Positions 1-8,964 of a stretch of DNA of 64,000 bases are shown here, piece after piece. A program made the position numbers and the translations under genes. The stretch spans positions 248 through 64,247 of the forward strand of contig CAZKVW010000004.1 of assembly GCA_964556285.1 (NCBI GenBank). Reading direction: 5' to 3'. The notes below the pieces were generated by a model that worked only from the letters and a program-made list of their open reading frames with translations, made no database searches and had not been told where the DNA came from. Position 1 is the first letter of the stretch; each line of letters starts with the position of its first letter. The DNA comes from an uncultured Muribaculaceae bacterium. GTDB lineage: Bacteria > Bacteroidota > Bacteroidia > Bacteroidales > UBA932.

Positions 1-1228
1 TGCCAATGAGAACCATTAGAAATGACGGCTTTTTCATCTTGGTGGTGTCAATCTTGTCGCTGAGCTTCTTGAGTGAATCAGCCCCTTCGTTTATGAGATT
101 GATGCCGCCGATTTTTATTTCCACAAGGCCATAGTTTCCGTCGCGCAGATGAACAACAGCGTCACATTCGAGGTTCGTTACATCACGGTAGTGGGCGACC
201 TTTCCCATCAGCGCGTCAGCGTATGTTCTTAAATCCCTTACGGCAAGGGCTTCGAACAACAGGCCAAAAGTATTGAAATCGTTCAGAAGGTCATTGGGGC
301 CTAAACCTAAACTTGCGGCAGCTATTGACGGGTCCGTGAAATATCTGGTGTTAGATGTTCGGATAGCGGTTTTGCTGCGCAGGTTGGGATTCCACGCTTC
401 TGACTCTTCAACAACAAAGAGTTTACGCAAGGCTGTGATGTAGGCGGCTATTGTATCGGTGTCAAGCGACTTTGGCTCGTTGGTCCTCATATCTTCGGCT
501 ATCGTCTCAAAAGTTGCTTGAGACGATTGATTACGAGCGTAGGAACGCATCAGGCGCCGCACTCTTTCAGGGTTTCTGTTTGTGTTATCTACACGGGACA
601 TGTCACGCTCTGCAATTGCGTCAACATAGTCAAAAGCCTTGTCCAATGCTATTTCCTTGTCCATTTCAAGAGCTTCGGGCCAACCGCCTCGGCAGATAAG
701 ATATGCAATGTCCTCTCGGGCAAGCCCGGGTTTTGCATAAATCATTTTAGGGGTCTTAAATAAATCGCCCAAGCTGATTGTTCCGTTGGATTCTCCTGAT
801 TCCCATAACGACATCGGACGCATTCTGAGCCAACCGAATCTGCCGGTTCCGGTGTGTCTTATTTTCTGATTTTCCGGTATTTCATCTCCCTCTTGAATAG
901 GGACAGAGGAGCCGGTGAGGATAAAATGTCCTTGCCCTTTCCGGTGATCTACTTCATAACGGATGGCATCCCAAAGCTGAGGCGCAATCTGCCATTCGTC
1001 CAACAGACGTGGGGTGTCTCCAATGAGCAAATCTCTCGGTCGCATATTTGCTATGGTGATACGTTCTGTGATTTTGTCCGGGTCATCCATGTATATGATG
1101 CTTCTTGCCAGCTGTTCGGCCGTTGTGGTTTTTCCGCACCATTTCGGCCCCTCCACCACAACTGCTCCGTTGCCTTTGAGTTTCCTCTTTAGAAGTGAAT
1201 CGGCTATTCTATATCTATATCTTTCCAT
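1..1228 (-). CDS. AAA family ATPase with DUF4143-type C-terminal domain (3' end runs off the window)
   Basis: Manual translation from ATG at 1228 stays open to base 1, so it is absent from the ORF track: MERYRYRIAD...EGPKWCGKTT (Walker A), LLDEWQ (Walker B), FILTGS, RMRPMSLWE, YFTDPSIA and a C-terminal ECDAVV...LVEIKIG PD-(D/E)xK-like motif. Confidence 0.85.
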   Translation of the reverse strand, partial: MERYRYRIADSLLKRKLKGNGAVVVEGPKWCGKTTTAEQLARSIIYMDDPDKITERITIANMRPRDLLIGDTPRLLDEWQIAPQLWDAIRYEVDHRKGQGHFILTGSSVPIQEGDEIPENQKIRHTGTGRFGWLRMRPMSLWESGESNGTISLGDLFKTPKMIYAKPGLAREDIAYLICRGGWPEALEMDKEIALDKAFDYVDAIAERDMSRVDNTNRNPERVRRLMRSYARNQSSQATFETIAEDMRTNEPKSLDTDTIAAYITALRKLFVVEESEAWNPNLRSKTAIRTSNTRYFTDPSIAAASLGLGPNDLLNDFNTFGLLFEALAVRDLRTYADALMGKVAHYRDVTNLECDAVVHLRDGNYGLVEIKIGGINLINEGADSLKKLSDKIDTTKMKKPSFLMVLIG

Positions 1229-1257
1229 ACCAAGTAATCTTGAGGGTAAAGATATCA

Positions 1258-1318
1258 AATTCGGCAAAAAGTCGAGAAAAAATTCGGCAAAAAGTATAAA
1301 AACTTTTCGGTAAAAAGT
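1258..1318. repeat. Three direct repeats TTCGG(C/T)AAAAAGT with exact 23-bp period
   Basis: Copies at 1260-1272, 1283-1295 and 1306-1318 (third has C>T), in the AT-rich region upstream of the ATPase start. Confidence 0.85.
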
Positions 1319-1414
1319 TGGTTAGTTGGCGGTAAATATTTGAATTACTTACGCTTATCTTGTTGCGGTGAAGTGAAAGGTTCGGAGGGGAGATACATCG
1401 GCCGTTTGCTCTCT

Positions 1415-1885
1415 TTATGCCTGCGCTTGCGCCTCTTCTGCCTGTGCGGAAGATGTGGGATGCAGGTGCGCGGTGAACTCGGCCGGAGTCATCACCGGGA
1501 CGGGGTCTGCCATATCAGGTATGCGAAATGCCCTGTCGCCGGACACTATGATGTCGCAACGCCTCCCGTCTGCGTAGAATGCCTGAGCGCAATCCTCAAT
1601 GTCGTTGATTTCCGTTGACTTGACGGCATTTGACAATGCTGAAATGTCAATGCCGCCAACGTTGACATATCTCAACAGCTCCCTCGCCGCATTGCGGAAT
1701 CTGCTGTTGTCATATCCCGGGCAACGGATGCACGCATACGCGGCATCTATTATACTCTGTGTGGTCATGTGCATTTCCAGTCCGCCGTCTCGGGCCAGAC
1801 GGAATATTATGGCAGATTCTGCAGCATATCTTCGTCCTGGCACCAGTACGTCCAGCAGGACATTGGTATCGGCGAACACTCTCAT
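1415..1885 (-). CDS. PIN-domain toxin (VapC/PIN_3-like)
   Basis: N-terminal VFADTNVLLD, later DIEDC and IVSGD acidic PIN motifs; 156 aa; 4-bp overlap with the upstream antitoxin. Confidence 0.85.
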   Translation of the reverse strand: MRVFADTNVLLDVLVPGRRYAAESAIIFRLARDGGLEMHMTTQSIIDAAYACIRCPGYDNSRFRNAARELLRYVNVGGIDISALSNAVKSTEINDIEDCAQAFYADGRRCDIIVSGDRAFRIPDMADPVPVMTPAEFTAHLHPTSSAQAEEAQAQA

Positions 1886-2154
1886 GCCCCCAAGATATGA
1901 GCCAGTCTCGGATCTTCGGACACGACATCCGGGTCTGGCATGGAGGTGCAGCAGGCCATGCTGTCAAGCCACGCGTCAGTGCCGTCATCTTGCGGCATGG
2001 AAGGCCATTCCAGCCCAGTCGCTCTCTCAAGCACTGATTCGACCAATTTGTTGACGGAGCAGCTTCGTCTTGCCGCCTCCCGTTTGAGTCTCCCGACCAG
2101 TTCCTGCCGCAGCCGGAATGCCGTCTGTACCCTATCTCCGCTGTGATACCTCAT
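1882..2154 (-). CDS. Putative ribbon-helix-helix antitoxin
   Basis: 90 aa from ATG 2154; QTAFRLRQELVGRLKREAARRSCSVNKLVESVLE fits the RHH pattern; acidic C-terminus; directly upstream of and overlapping the PIN gene. Confidence 0.7.
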   Translation of the reverse strand: MRYHSGDRVQTAFRLRQELVGRLKREAARRSCSVNKLVESVLERATGLEWPSMPQDDGTDAWLDSMACCTSMPDPDVVSEDPRLAHILGA

Positions 2155-2173
2155 ATTTGTGTTATCTTTTATG

Positions 2174-2205
2174 CAAAAATATAACATTTTTTCGAGCCTG
2201 TCAAA
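2174..2205 (-). promoter_or_regulatory. Bacteroidetes primary-sigma promoter of the TA operon
   Basis: Minus strand TTTG (2205-2202), 20-nt spacer, TATTTTTG (2181-2174). Confidence 0.7.
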
Positions 2206-2378
2206 TGATTCTTCCGCCGCTGGCCAGCCAATGGCTCACCTGCTGTCGTTTCCTGCAATTCACCCATCACGATTTCGGATTACAATTGCCAGCGAATCAG
2301 CGTGTTGCCTTTCGGGAATGTGACAGATGCGGTCAGGGGAGACGGTTATGGCATCAACATTTGGACGTGGCGCGGGCG

Positions 2379-2410
2379 TTTGCTATTTTGGGCGCAAGAT
2401 GTTATTTTTG
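2379..2410 (+). promoter_or_regulatory. Bacteroidetes primary-sigma promoter of fabF
   Basis: TTTG 2379-2382, 20-nt spacer, TATTTTTG 2403-2410, 22 nt before the ATG. Confidence 0.7.
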
Positions 2411-2432
2411 CATTCCTCCTAAATAGACGCAA

Positions 2433-3695
2433 ATGGATTACAGAAGAGTTGCAGTTACAGGAATGGGTGTGCTCTCGCCGCTTGGCAATGATGTGGCGGC
2501 ATTCTGGGACAACCTCAAGAACGGCGTATGCGGCATCGACTATATCACCGAATTCCCGACAGATAATCTTCCGGTCAAGATTGCAGGCAAGGTGCGGGAC
2601 TTCGACCCGGAGCGGTACGGCATGGACAAGCCCTTTGTCCGCAAGCAAGACAAATTCTCCATATACGCCGTAGCGTCGGCGTGGCAGGCGGTGGAGGACA
2701 GCGGCATCAGTGCCACGGGCGACGGACGCAACATCGACCCTTTCAGGCTTGGAGTGTATTACAGCTCGGGAGTGGGCGGCTTTGAGACAGTGTGCCGGGA
2801 GGTGGCCAAGTTCGTGGAAGACCCCTCCGGCAAATGGGTGTCGCCGCTCTTTATCCCCACCATGATAGAGAACATGGCCGCCGGCAACATTGCCATCAAA
2901 TTCGGGGCCGAGGGAGGCTGCATCAGCGTCGTCACAGCATGCGCCACTTCCACGCACACTATTGGGGAGGCATACCGGGCGATACGTCACGGCTACCTCG
3001 ACGCCGTCATCACAGGCGGCTGCGACTATGCCGCCGTCCCTCTTGGGCTGGCCGGCTTTGCCAATGCGAGAGCTCTCACCCGTGACGAAGACCCCAAGAC
3101 CGCATGCCGTCCGTTCAGCGCGGACAGGGGCGGTTTCGTAATGTCCGAGGGAGCCGGAGCAATGATATTGGAGGAGTATGAGCATGCGAGGGCGCGCGGG
3201 GCGCATATATATGCCGAGCTGGTCGGCTACGGCAGCACCTGTGACGCGTATCACGCCACCGCCCCGAGGCCGGATGGCACAACGCAGGCCCGCTGCATCA
3301 GTCTCGCGCTCGAGGAAGCCGGATACAATCCCGCCAAGGACAGGGTGTATGTCAATGCCCACGGCACCGGAACTCACCTCAACGACAGCACCGAGACCAA
3401 GGCGTTCAAGCTCGCGTTCGGCGAGGAGAACGCGCGCAAATGCCATATCAGCTCCACCAAGTCCATGCACGGGCACATGTTCGGCGGCACCGGAGTCGCG
3501 GAGGCCATCGCCACCATATATGCGCTCAACGAGGGGATTATCCCCCCGACCATCAATCTCCGTGTCCCGGATCCGGAATGCGACTTGGATTACACGCCCA
3601 ATGAGGCTGTCCGCGCCGAAGTTGATCTCGGGGTCAGCGACTCGTTCGGATTTGGCGGGCACAACGCCTGCCTGGCGTTCCGCAAGGCTCTCTGA
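2433..3695 (+). CDS. fabF: Beta-ketoacyl-ACP synthase II
   Basis: RRVAVTGMG start; Cys-His-His triad in TACATS, NAHGTGT and KSMHGHM; FGFGGHNA C-terminal motif. Confidence 0.92.
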   Translation: MDYRRVAVTGMGVLSPLGNDVAAFWDNLKNGVCGIDYITEFPTDNLPVKIAGKVRDFDPERYGMDKPFVRKQDKFSIYAVASAWQAVEDSGISATGDGRNIDPFRLGVYYSSGVGGFETVCREVAKFVEDPSGKWVSPLFIPTMIENMAAGNIAIKFGAEGGCISVVTACATSTHTIGEAYRAIRHGYLDAVITGGCDYAAVPLGLAGFANARALTRDEDPKTACRPFSADRGGFVMSEGAGAMILEEYEHARARGAHIYAELVGYGSTCDAYHATAPRPDGTTQARCISLALEEAGYNPAKDRVYVNAHGTGTHLNDSTETKAFKLAFGEENARKCHISSTKSMHGHMFGGTGVAEAIATIYALNEGIIPPTINLRVPDPECDLDYTPNEAVRAEVDLGVSDSFGFGGHNACLAFRKAL

Positions 3696-3724
3696 CGGAC
3701 TTGCGCCTTGCTGTCGGTGGCGTT

Positions 3725-5026
3725 CTATACGCCGCTGTAACGGCGTGGCAGGCGCAGCAGGATAGACAGAAGGGATACCAGCAGCAGTATCAGGGGGTAG
3801 TGCAGATGCGCGATGATGGCTGCGGCAGGGATGCCGGCCAGTCCGGAGGCCATGAGCAGCTGCGCCCCGTAGGGGATGACGCACTGCACGATGCATGAGA
3901 ATGTGTCGAGGATGCTGGCGGTCTTGCGCGGGTCGAGGCCATACCTTTCCGTTATCTTGCGGGCTATGCTCCCCGTGGTGATGATAGCTATGGTGTTGTT
4001 GGCTGTGCACAGGTTGGCAAGGCTCACCGTAGCGGCTATGCTCAGCTCTGCTCCGCGCTTGCCTCTGATTCCATTTGTAAGCCCACGGATGATGAGATCC
4101 AGCCCTCCGCCCTCCTTTATCAGCTCCAGCATCCCTCCCGCGAGCATCGTCACGATGATGAGGTCACCCATGCCGGCGATGCCAGACCCGATGCTCCCGA
4201 GAAAGCCTGTCCATCCGGTCGCGCGCGTGCCCAGGCCGATGGCCGCGTTTAGCGCTATTCCGATGGAGAGGACGGAGAGCACATTCATCCCGGTCAGGGA
4301 GAGGACGATGATGGAGAGATAGGGGATGAGCTTGAGCCACTCTACCTGCCCTATTTCGGGCACCCCCGTCATGCCGTGTCCCATGACTATGTACAGGGCC
4401 GCCGTGATGACCGCAGCCGGCCCCGCCACCCAAATGTTGGCCTTGAACTTGTCAGCCATGGAGCAGCCCTGCGTTCGCGTAGAGGCGATGGTGGTGTCGG
4501 AGATGAATGACAGGTTGTCCCCAAAGAACGCTCCTCCCACTATGACAGCCGTCGTGAGCGGGAGGCTGGCCCCGGACTGCCCGGCGATGCCGCTGGCTAT
4601 GGGGACGAGGGCGACTATTGTGCCAACGCTGGTGCCCATGGCCATGGAGACAAAGCATGCCGCCACGAACAGGCCGAAGAGCAGAAGCTGTCCCGGCAGT
4701 ATCATCAGGGTGGCGTTGACAGTGGAATCTATCGCCCCAATCTCCTTGGCGCTGCCCGCAAATGCCCCGGCCATCACGAATATCCATATCATCAGCAGGA
4801 CATTCTTGTCGGCAGCCCCCTTGGAGAATGTGCTGACACGCTCTTCCAAGCTGCCTCGCGCAGTGAGCACGGCATAGATGGCGGCGATGAGGAATGCCGA
4901 GGCCACGGGAACCTTGTAGAAGTCCCCAGCCGCCAGCGACGTCGCGAGGTACACAATGAGGAAAACGGCCAGCGGGCTCAACGCCAGCCAGCCGTTCGCC
5001 TTGTGACTATATGGCCAGATTGTCAT
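3725..5026 (-). CDS. Na+/H+ antiporter NhaC-family membrane protein
   Basis: 433 aa, multiple hydrophobic segments; MGTSVGT and GGAFFGDNLSFISDTTIA motifs typical of the NhaC family. Confidence 0.8.
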   Translation of the reverse strand: MTIWPYSHKANGWLALSPLAVFLIVYLATSLAAGDFYKVPVASAFLIAAIYAVLTARGSLEERVSTFSKGAADKNVLLMIWIFVMAGAFAGSAKEIGAIDSTVNATLMILPGQLLLFGLFVAACFVSMAMGTSVGTIVALVPIASGIAGQSGASLPLTTAVIVGGAFFGDNLSFISDTTIASTRTQGCSMADKFKANIWVAGPAAVITAALYIVMGHGMTGVPEIGQVEWLKLIPYLSIIVLSLTGMNVLSVLSIGIALNAAIGLGTRATGWTGFLGSIGSGIAGMGDLIIVTMLAGGMLELIKEGGGLDLIIRGLTNGIRGKRGAELSIAATVSLANLCTANNTIAIITTGSIARKITERYGLDPRKTASILDTFSCIVQCVIPYGAQLLMASGLAGIPAAAIIAHLHYPLILLLVSLLSILLRLPRRYSGV

Positions 5027-6354
5027 TTTGCCGTCCCGGCGCTGACAATTGCTGAATACTTGTCGTACTTTGTCTGGTAGGACGGGTCATCCTCGCGGAA
5101 GCGGTAGCAGGCGTTCTTGAGATACTCGCTGATGCTGACCTTGAGGCTGTCATCCTTGGTGGTCTCAAAAGCCTTTTCGAAGGGCTCGATGCAGGCCTTG
5201 AGCGAGGTCTCGAACTCCTTGACGAGAGCCATGTACTTGGCGTCGTCCAGCTCCTTGGAAGCCTCGTCCTGAATGTCGATGGCCTTGTTGTAGTACAGGA
5301 TGCCCTCCCCGATATAGCCGTACTCGTAGTTGGGGTTGATTTCGGCGCACTTGCGGTAGGCCTCAACCGCCTTGTCCAAGTCGCCGAGCTCCTTGTAGAT
5401 GTTGCCCTCGACATAGTAGAGCGAGGCGTTGTCCGGCTCATTGGCCTTGGCTGCGTTGATCAGCTCAAACAGCCGCCCCGTATCTTCGTGGTTGGTGACA
5501 TAGTAGTTGATCAGCCCGATGAGGATGAACTGGCTCTGCGGGTAGGCGGCAAATCCCTCCTCGAGATACTTCTTCTGGCTCTCTTTGTCTCCCTCCTGCT
5601 CTGCGATGCCGGCAAGGCGGGCGTAGACATCGCCGCTGCCCTCCGGCCCTGCGTAGCCGTAGTCGTTCAGGCACTTCACAAAGAGCCTCTTGGCGCTGGC
5701 GTTGTCGCCGGCCTGCGCGTAGAGGAATCCCGCGTTGTAGAACGAGCTGGTGTCCACAGCGGTGCAGGGAGGGACTGTTGACGCGTCCGCAGCCTGCTCA
5801 AACAGCCCGGCAGCCTTGCCGGTCTCCCCGAACGTGTAGGCGTTGTAGGCCTCGTTCTGGTACTTGCTGGAGATGTCGGAGATGGCGGCCGCGATGTCCT
5901 TGCTCTTGGATCCCTTGGCGTCCAGCTCGGCGGCATGCTTGTAGGCTTCCAGCCCCTGTCCCAGCGCGTCCTCGTAGTACGGCTTGGTAATCTCTATTAT
6001 AGCCAGCACGTTGTTGGCGTTGTAATAGTAGTTGAACGTAGGGTACACCTCCTTGGTGTATGTCTCCCCGGCGAGTGTGACAGTCTCTGCAGACAGGGGC
6101 TTGGTTCCGGAGAGCATCAAGTTGATCTCGGCCTTGCCGAGCCCGACCATGCCCGGGCCGGCCGAGGCGTTGTAGGCGTCAATGTATGCCTTGCCGAGCT
6201 TGACCCATGTGTCGGCTTTGGCGGCTTTCTTGGGGTTCTCGCTTGCCGCTTTGGCAGACTCGACGGCCTTGCGTACGGCAGACTCGGACTTGACCTGCGC
6301 ACCTGCTGTCAGCACAGAGGCCAGCAGCGCGATGGCTATAGCAATCTTTTTCAT
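5023..6354 (-). CDS. Secreted tetratricopeptide-repeat protein
   Basis: Signal peptide MKKIAIAIALLASVLTAGA-Q from ATG 6354; TPR-like helical repeats (e.g. LYYVEGNIYKELGDLDKAVEAYRKCAEINP); follows gyrA. Confidence 0.8.
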   Translation of the reverse strand: MKKIAIAIALLASVLTAGAQVKSESAVRKAVESAKAASENPKKAAKADTWVKLGKAYIDAYNASAGPGMVGLGKAEINLMLSGTKPLSAETVTLAGETYTKEVYPTFNYYYNANNVLAIIEITKPYYEDALGQGLEAYKHAAELDAKGSKSKDIAAAISDISSKYQNEAYNAYTFGETGKAAGLFEQAADASTVPPCTAVDTSSFYNAGFLYAQAGDNASAKRLFVKCLNDYGYAGPEGSGDVYARLAGIAEQEGDKESQKKYLEEGFAAYPQSQFILIGLINYYVTNHEDTGRLFELINAAKANEPDNASLYYVEGNIYKELGDLDKAVEAYRKCAEINPNYEYGYIGEGILYYNKAIDIQDEASKELDDAKYMALVKEFETSLKACIEPFEKAFETTKDDSLKVSISEYLKNACYRFREDDPSYQTKYDKYSAIVSAGTAK

Positions 6355-6376
6355 AATGATGGAGATTGATGAAATA

Positions 6377-8905
6377 TTATTGGTTTGTTGTTTCTGCGTT
6401 TTGCGCTCCGGCATCCTCCTCTTCCGCCGCGACGACTGATACTGCGGCTATGGAGTCGCCCTCGCGTATGTTGATGAGCTTGACGCCTTGAGTGACCCTG
6501 CCGGCGACCTTGATGTCACGCACATGCATGCGTATCGTCAGCCCGGAGCGGGTGATGATCATCAGGTCGTTGTCCTCGGTCACGGACTTGATGGCCACCA
6601 GCGGCCCGGTCTTGTCCGTGATGTTGAGGGCCTTGACCCCCTTGGCGCCGCGAGCGGTCTTGCGGTATTCGTCACCGCGGGAGCGCTTGCCGTAGCCGTT
6701 CTCGCTGACCACCAGCACGGTGCGGCCGTCGATGCCGGGATCTGTGACATCACAGCTGACAGCGCCCACTACCACATCGTCGTCTTCGAGACGTATGCCG
6801 CGCACGCCCATGGAGCTGCGCCCGACCTCTCGCGCCTCAATCTCGTCAAAGCGGCAGCAGTGCCCGCCTCGCGCGGCTACCATCAGCTCTTCGTGTCCGT
6901 TTGTCAGCAGCGCGTCGAGCAGGCCGTCACCATCCTTGAAGCTGATGGCGATGAGGCCTTTGTTGCGGCTGCGGGCATTGGCATATTCGCTCAGGCATGT
7001 CCTCTTGATGATGCCGCGCCTGGTCACCAGCGTCACGAAGTGCGTGTCCGTATAGCTCTTGTCCTCGATGCGGGCCGCATTGAGGTAGGTCTTGATCTTG
7101 TCCTCCGGGTCGATGGAGAGGATGTTCTGCACCGCGCGGCCCTTGGAAGTGCGTGACCCCTCGGGGATCTCATATACCTTGAGCCTGTAGCAGATGCCTT
7201 TCTCGGTGAAGAACAGCATGGTCGAGTGCATGTTGGCGACATAGATGTGCTCTATGAAGTCCTCGTCCCGGACAGCCCCGGCCTTGCGTCCCTGGCCTCC
7301 GCGGTTCTGGGAGTGGAACTCCGTCAGAGGAGTGCGTTTGATGTAGCCGAGATGCGAGATGGTGATGACGACATCCTCGTCCGCATAGAAGTCCTCGGGG
7401 TTAAACTCCTCGGCCGACATGACTATCTCGGTGCGGCGCTTGTCGCCGTACTTGCGTTTCATGTCAAGGGTCTCCTCTTTGACCACCCCGAGCTGCTCCT
7501 CCACGCTGGCGAGTATCTCGCGGCAGCGGGCGATGAACTTGGCGAGCTCGTCGTACTCCGTCTGCAGCTTGTCTTTTTCCAGTCCTGTCAGCTGCCCCAG
7601 ACGCATAGCCACGATGGCGGAAGCCTGCTCGTCGTCAAAGCCGAACTGCGATATGAGGCCCTCCTTGGCGGCATCCACGCTGCGCGACCCCCTGATCAGG
7701 GCTATGATCTCGTCGATGATGTCGATGGCCTTGAGCAGCCCCTCCAGGATGTGCTCCCTCTTAAGGGCCTTGTCCAGCTCAAACTTGGTGCGGCGCACCA
7801 CCACCTCGTGGCGGAACTCCACAAAGTACTTGATGATCTCCTTGAGGGAGAGGGTGCGGGGGCGCCCGCCGACCAGCGCGACATTGTTGTAGGCGAAGCT
7901 GGACTGCAGGGCCGTGTATTTGAAGAGGGTGTTGAGGACGACGTTGGCGTTAGCGTCCTTTTTGAGCAGGAACTCTATCCTGACCTCGCCCTTGGCGGAG
8001 AGGTCGCGGATGTCGGATATCCCCTCAATCTTCTTTTCGGAGACCATCTCGCCGATGCGCTTGATCATCTCCGCCTTGTTGACCATGTAGGGGATTTCGG
8101 TGACGACTATCGTCTCCCGCCCCTTGTCGTTCTCCTCTATCTCGGTGCGGGCGCGCACTGTCACCTTGCCGCGCCCGGTCTCGAACGCGTCAATGATGCC
8201 CTGCCGCCCCATGACGATGCCGCCGGTGGGGAAGTCAGGCCCCTTGATGTATTCCATCAGGCCCTCGGTGGTGATGTCGGGGTTGTCTATGTAGGCGCAT
8301 ATCGCGTCGCAGCACTCCGTCAGGTTGTGCGGGGCCATGTTGGTGGCCATTCCCACCGCGATGCCGGACGAGCCGTTGAGCAGCAGCAGGGGCACCTTGG
8401 TGGGGAGCACGGTGGGCTCAGGTATGGTGTCGTCGAAGTTGAGCTGGAAGTCCACCGTGTCCTTGTCGAGGTCCGACAGGATGTCCTCGGTCATCTTCAT
8501 CAGCTTGGCCTCGGTGTAACGCATAGCCGCGACGGGATCCCCGTCCATCGAGCCGAAGTTGCCCTGACCGAATACCAGGGGGTAGCGCTGGTTCCATTTC
8601 TGCGCGAGCCGGGCCATCGCGTCATAGACGCTGGAGTCGCCGTGGGGGTGGAACTTTCCGAGGACCTCTCCCACTATACGGGCGGACTTCTTGGTCTGCC
8701 CGCCCGAGCTCAGCCCGAGCCCGTCCATGCCGAACAGCACACGCCGCTGCACCGGCTTGAGCCCGTCCCTGACATCGGGCAGGGCCCTTGAGACTATGAC
8801 AGACATCGAGTAGTCGATGTAGGCTGTCCTCATCTCGTGGTCTATCTCCACCGGCTCAATGACGCCTGTCACCGCCGGCTCCACATTCATTTCCTCTCCA
8901 TTCAT
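6377..8905 (-). CDS. gyrA: DNA gyrase subunit A
   Basis: [34 protein letters not shown] (catalytic Tyr), GyrA box QNRGGQG and C-terminal pinwheel repeats. Confidence 0.97.
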   Translation of the reverse strand: MNGEEMNVEPAVTGVIEPVEIDHEMRTAYIDYSMSVIVSRALPDVRDGLKPVQRRVLFGMDGLGLSSGGQTKKSARIVGEVLGKFHPHGDSSVYDAMARLAQKWNQRYPLVFGQGNFGSMDGDPVAAMRYTEAKLMKMTEDILSDLDKDTVDFQLNFDDTIPEPTVLPTKVPLLLLNGSSGIAVGMATNMAPHNLTECCDAICAYIDNPDITTEGLMEYIKGPDFPTGGIVMGRQGIIDAFETGRGKVTVRARTEIEENDKGRETIVVTEIPYMVNKAEMIKRIGEMVSEKKIEGISDIRDLSAKGEVRIEFLLKKDANANVVLNTLFKYTALQSSFAYNNVALVGGRPRTLSLKEIIKYFVEFRHEVVVRRTKFELDKALKREHILEGLLKAIDIIDEIIALIRGSRSVDAAKEGLISQFGFDDEQASAIVAMRLGQLTGLEKDKLQTEYDELAKFIARCREILASVEEQLGVVKEETLDMKRKYGDKRRTEIVMSAEEFNPEDFYADEDVVITISHLGYIKRTPLTEFHSQNRGGQGRKAGAVRDEDFIEHIYVANMHSTMLFFTEKGICYRLKVYEIPEGSRTSKGRAVQNILSIDPEDKIKTYLNAARIEDKSYTDTHFVTLVTRRGIIKRTCLSEYANARSRNKGLIAISFKDGDGLLDALLTNGHEELMVAARGGHCCRFDEIEAREVGRSSMGVRGIRLEDDDVVVGAVSCDVTDPGIDGRTVLVVSENGYGKRSRGDEYRKTARGAKGVKALNITDKTGPLVAIKSVTEDNDLMIITRSGLTIRMHVRDIKVAGRVTQGVKLINIREGDSIAAVSVVAAEEEDAGAQNAETTNQ

Positions 8906-8925
8906 ACATGTACGGTTAAAACATA

Positions 8926-8956
8926 CAAATATAGCAAAAAGATTTTGCTATTTTTG
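8926..8956. promoter_or_regulatory. Divergent -7 elements for gyrA and clpC
   Basis: TATATTTG on minus (8933-8926) and TATTTTTG on plus (8949-8956); 8-bp inverted repeat TAGCAAAA/TTTTGCTA between and overlapping them. Confidence 0.6.
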
Positions 8957-8964
8957 CCTTGCTT

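Noticed and set aside
930-945. Possible frameshift in the DUF4143 ATPase at the T run near 938-940
   Set aside because: The run is three T, and the minus frame reads DHRKGQGHFILTGS without a break. The ORF is missing from the track only because it runs off the window.
2206-2378. Possible ncRNA or tRNA in the gap between the TA and fabF promoters
   Set aside because: No cloverleaf, terminator or recognisable RNA motif was seen.
8630-8670. Quinolone-resistance substitution in GyrA
   Set aside because: The QRDR reads [10 protein letters not shown], with Ser and Asp at the positions equivalent to E. coli 83 and 87.
8932-8950. CIRCE element near clpC, dnaK or htpG
   Set aside because: The TAGCA...TGCTA palindrome lacks the CACTC-N9-GAGTG core and spacing; no CIRCE was found upstream of any chaperone gene.
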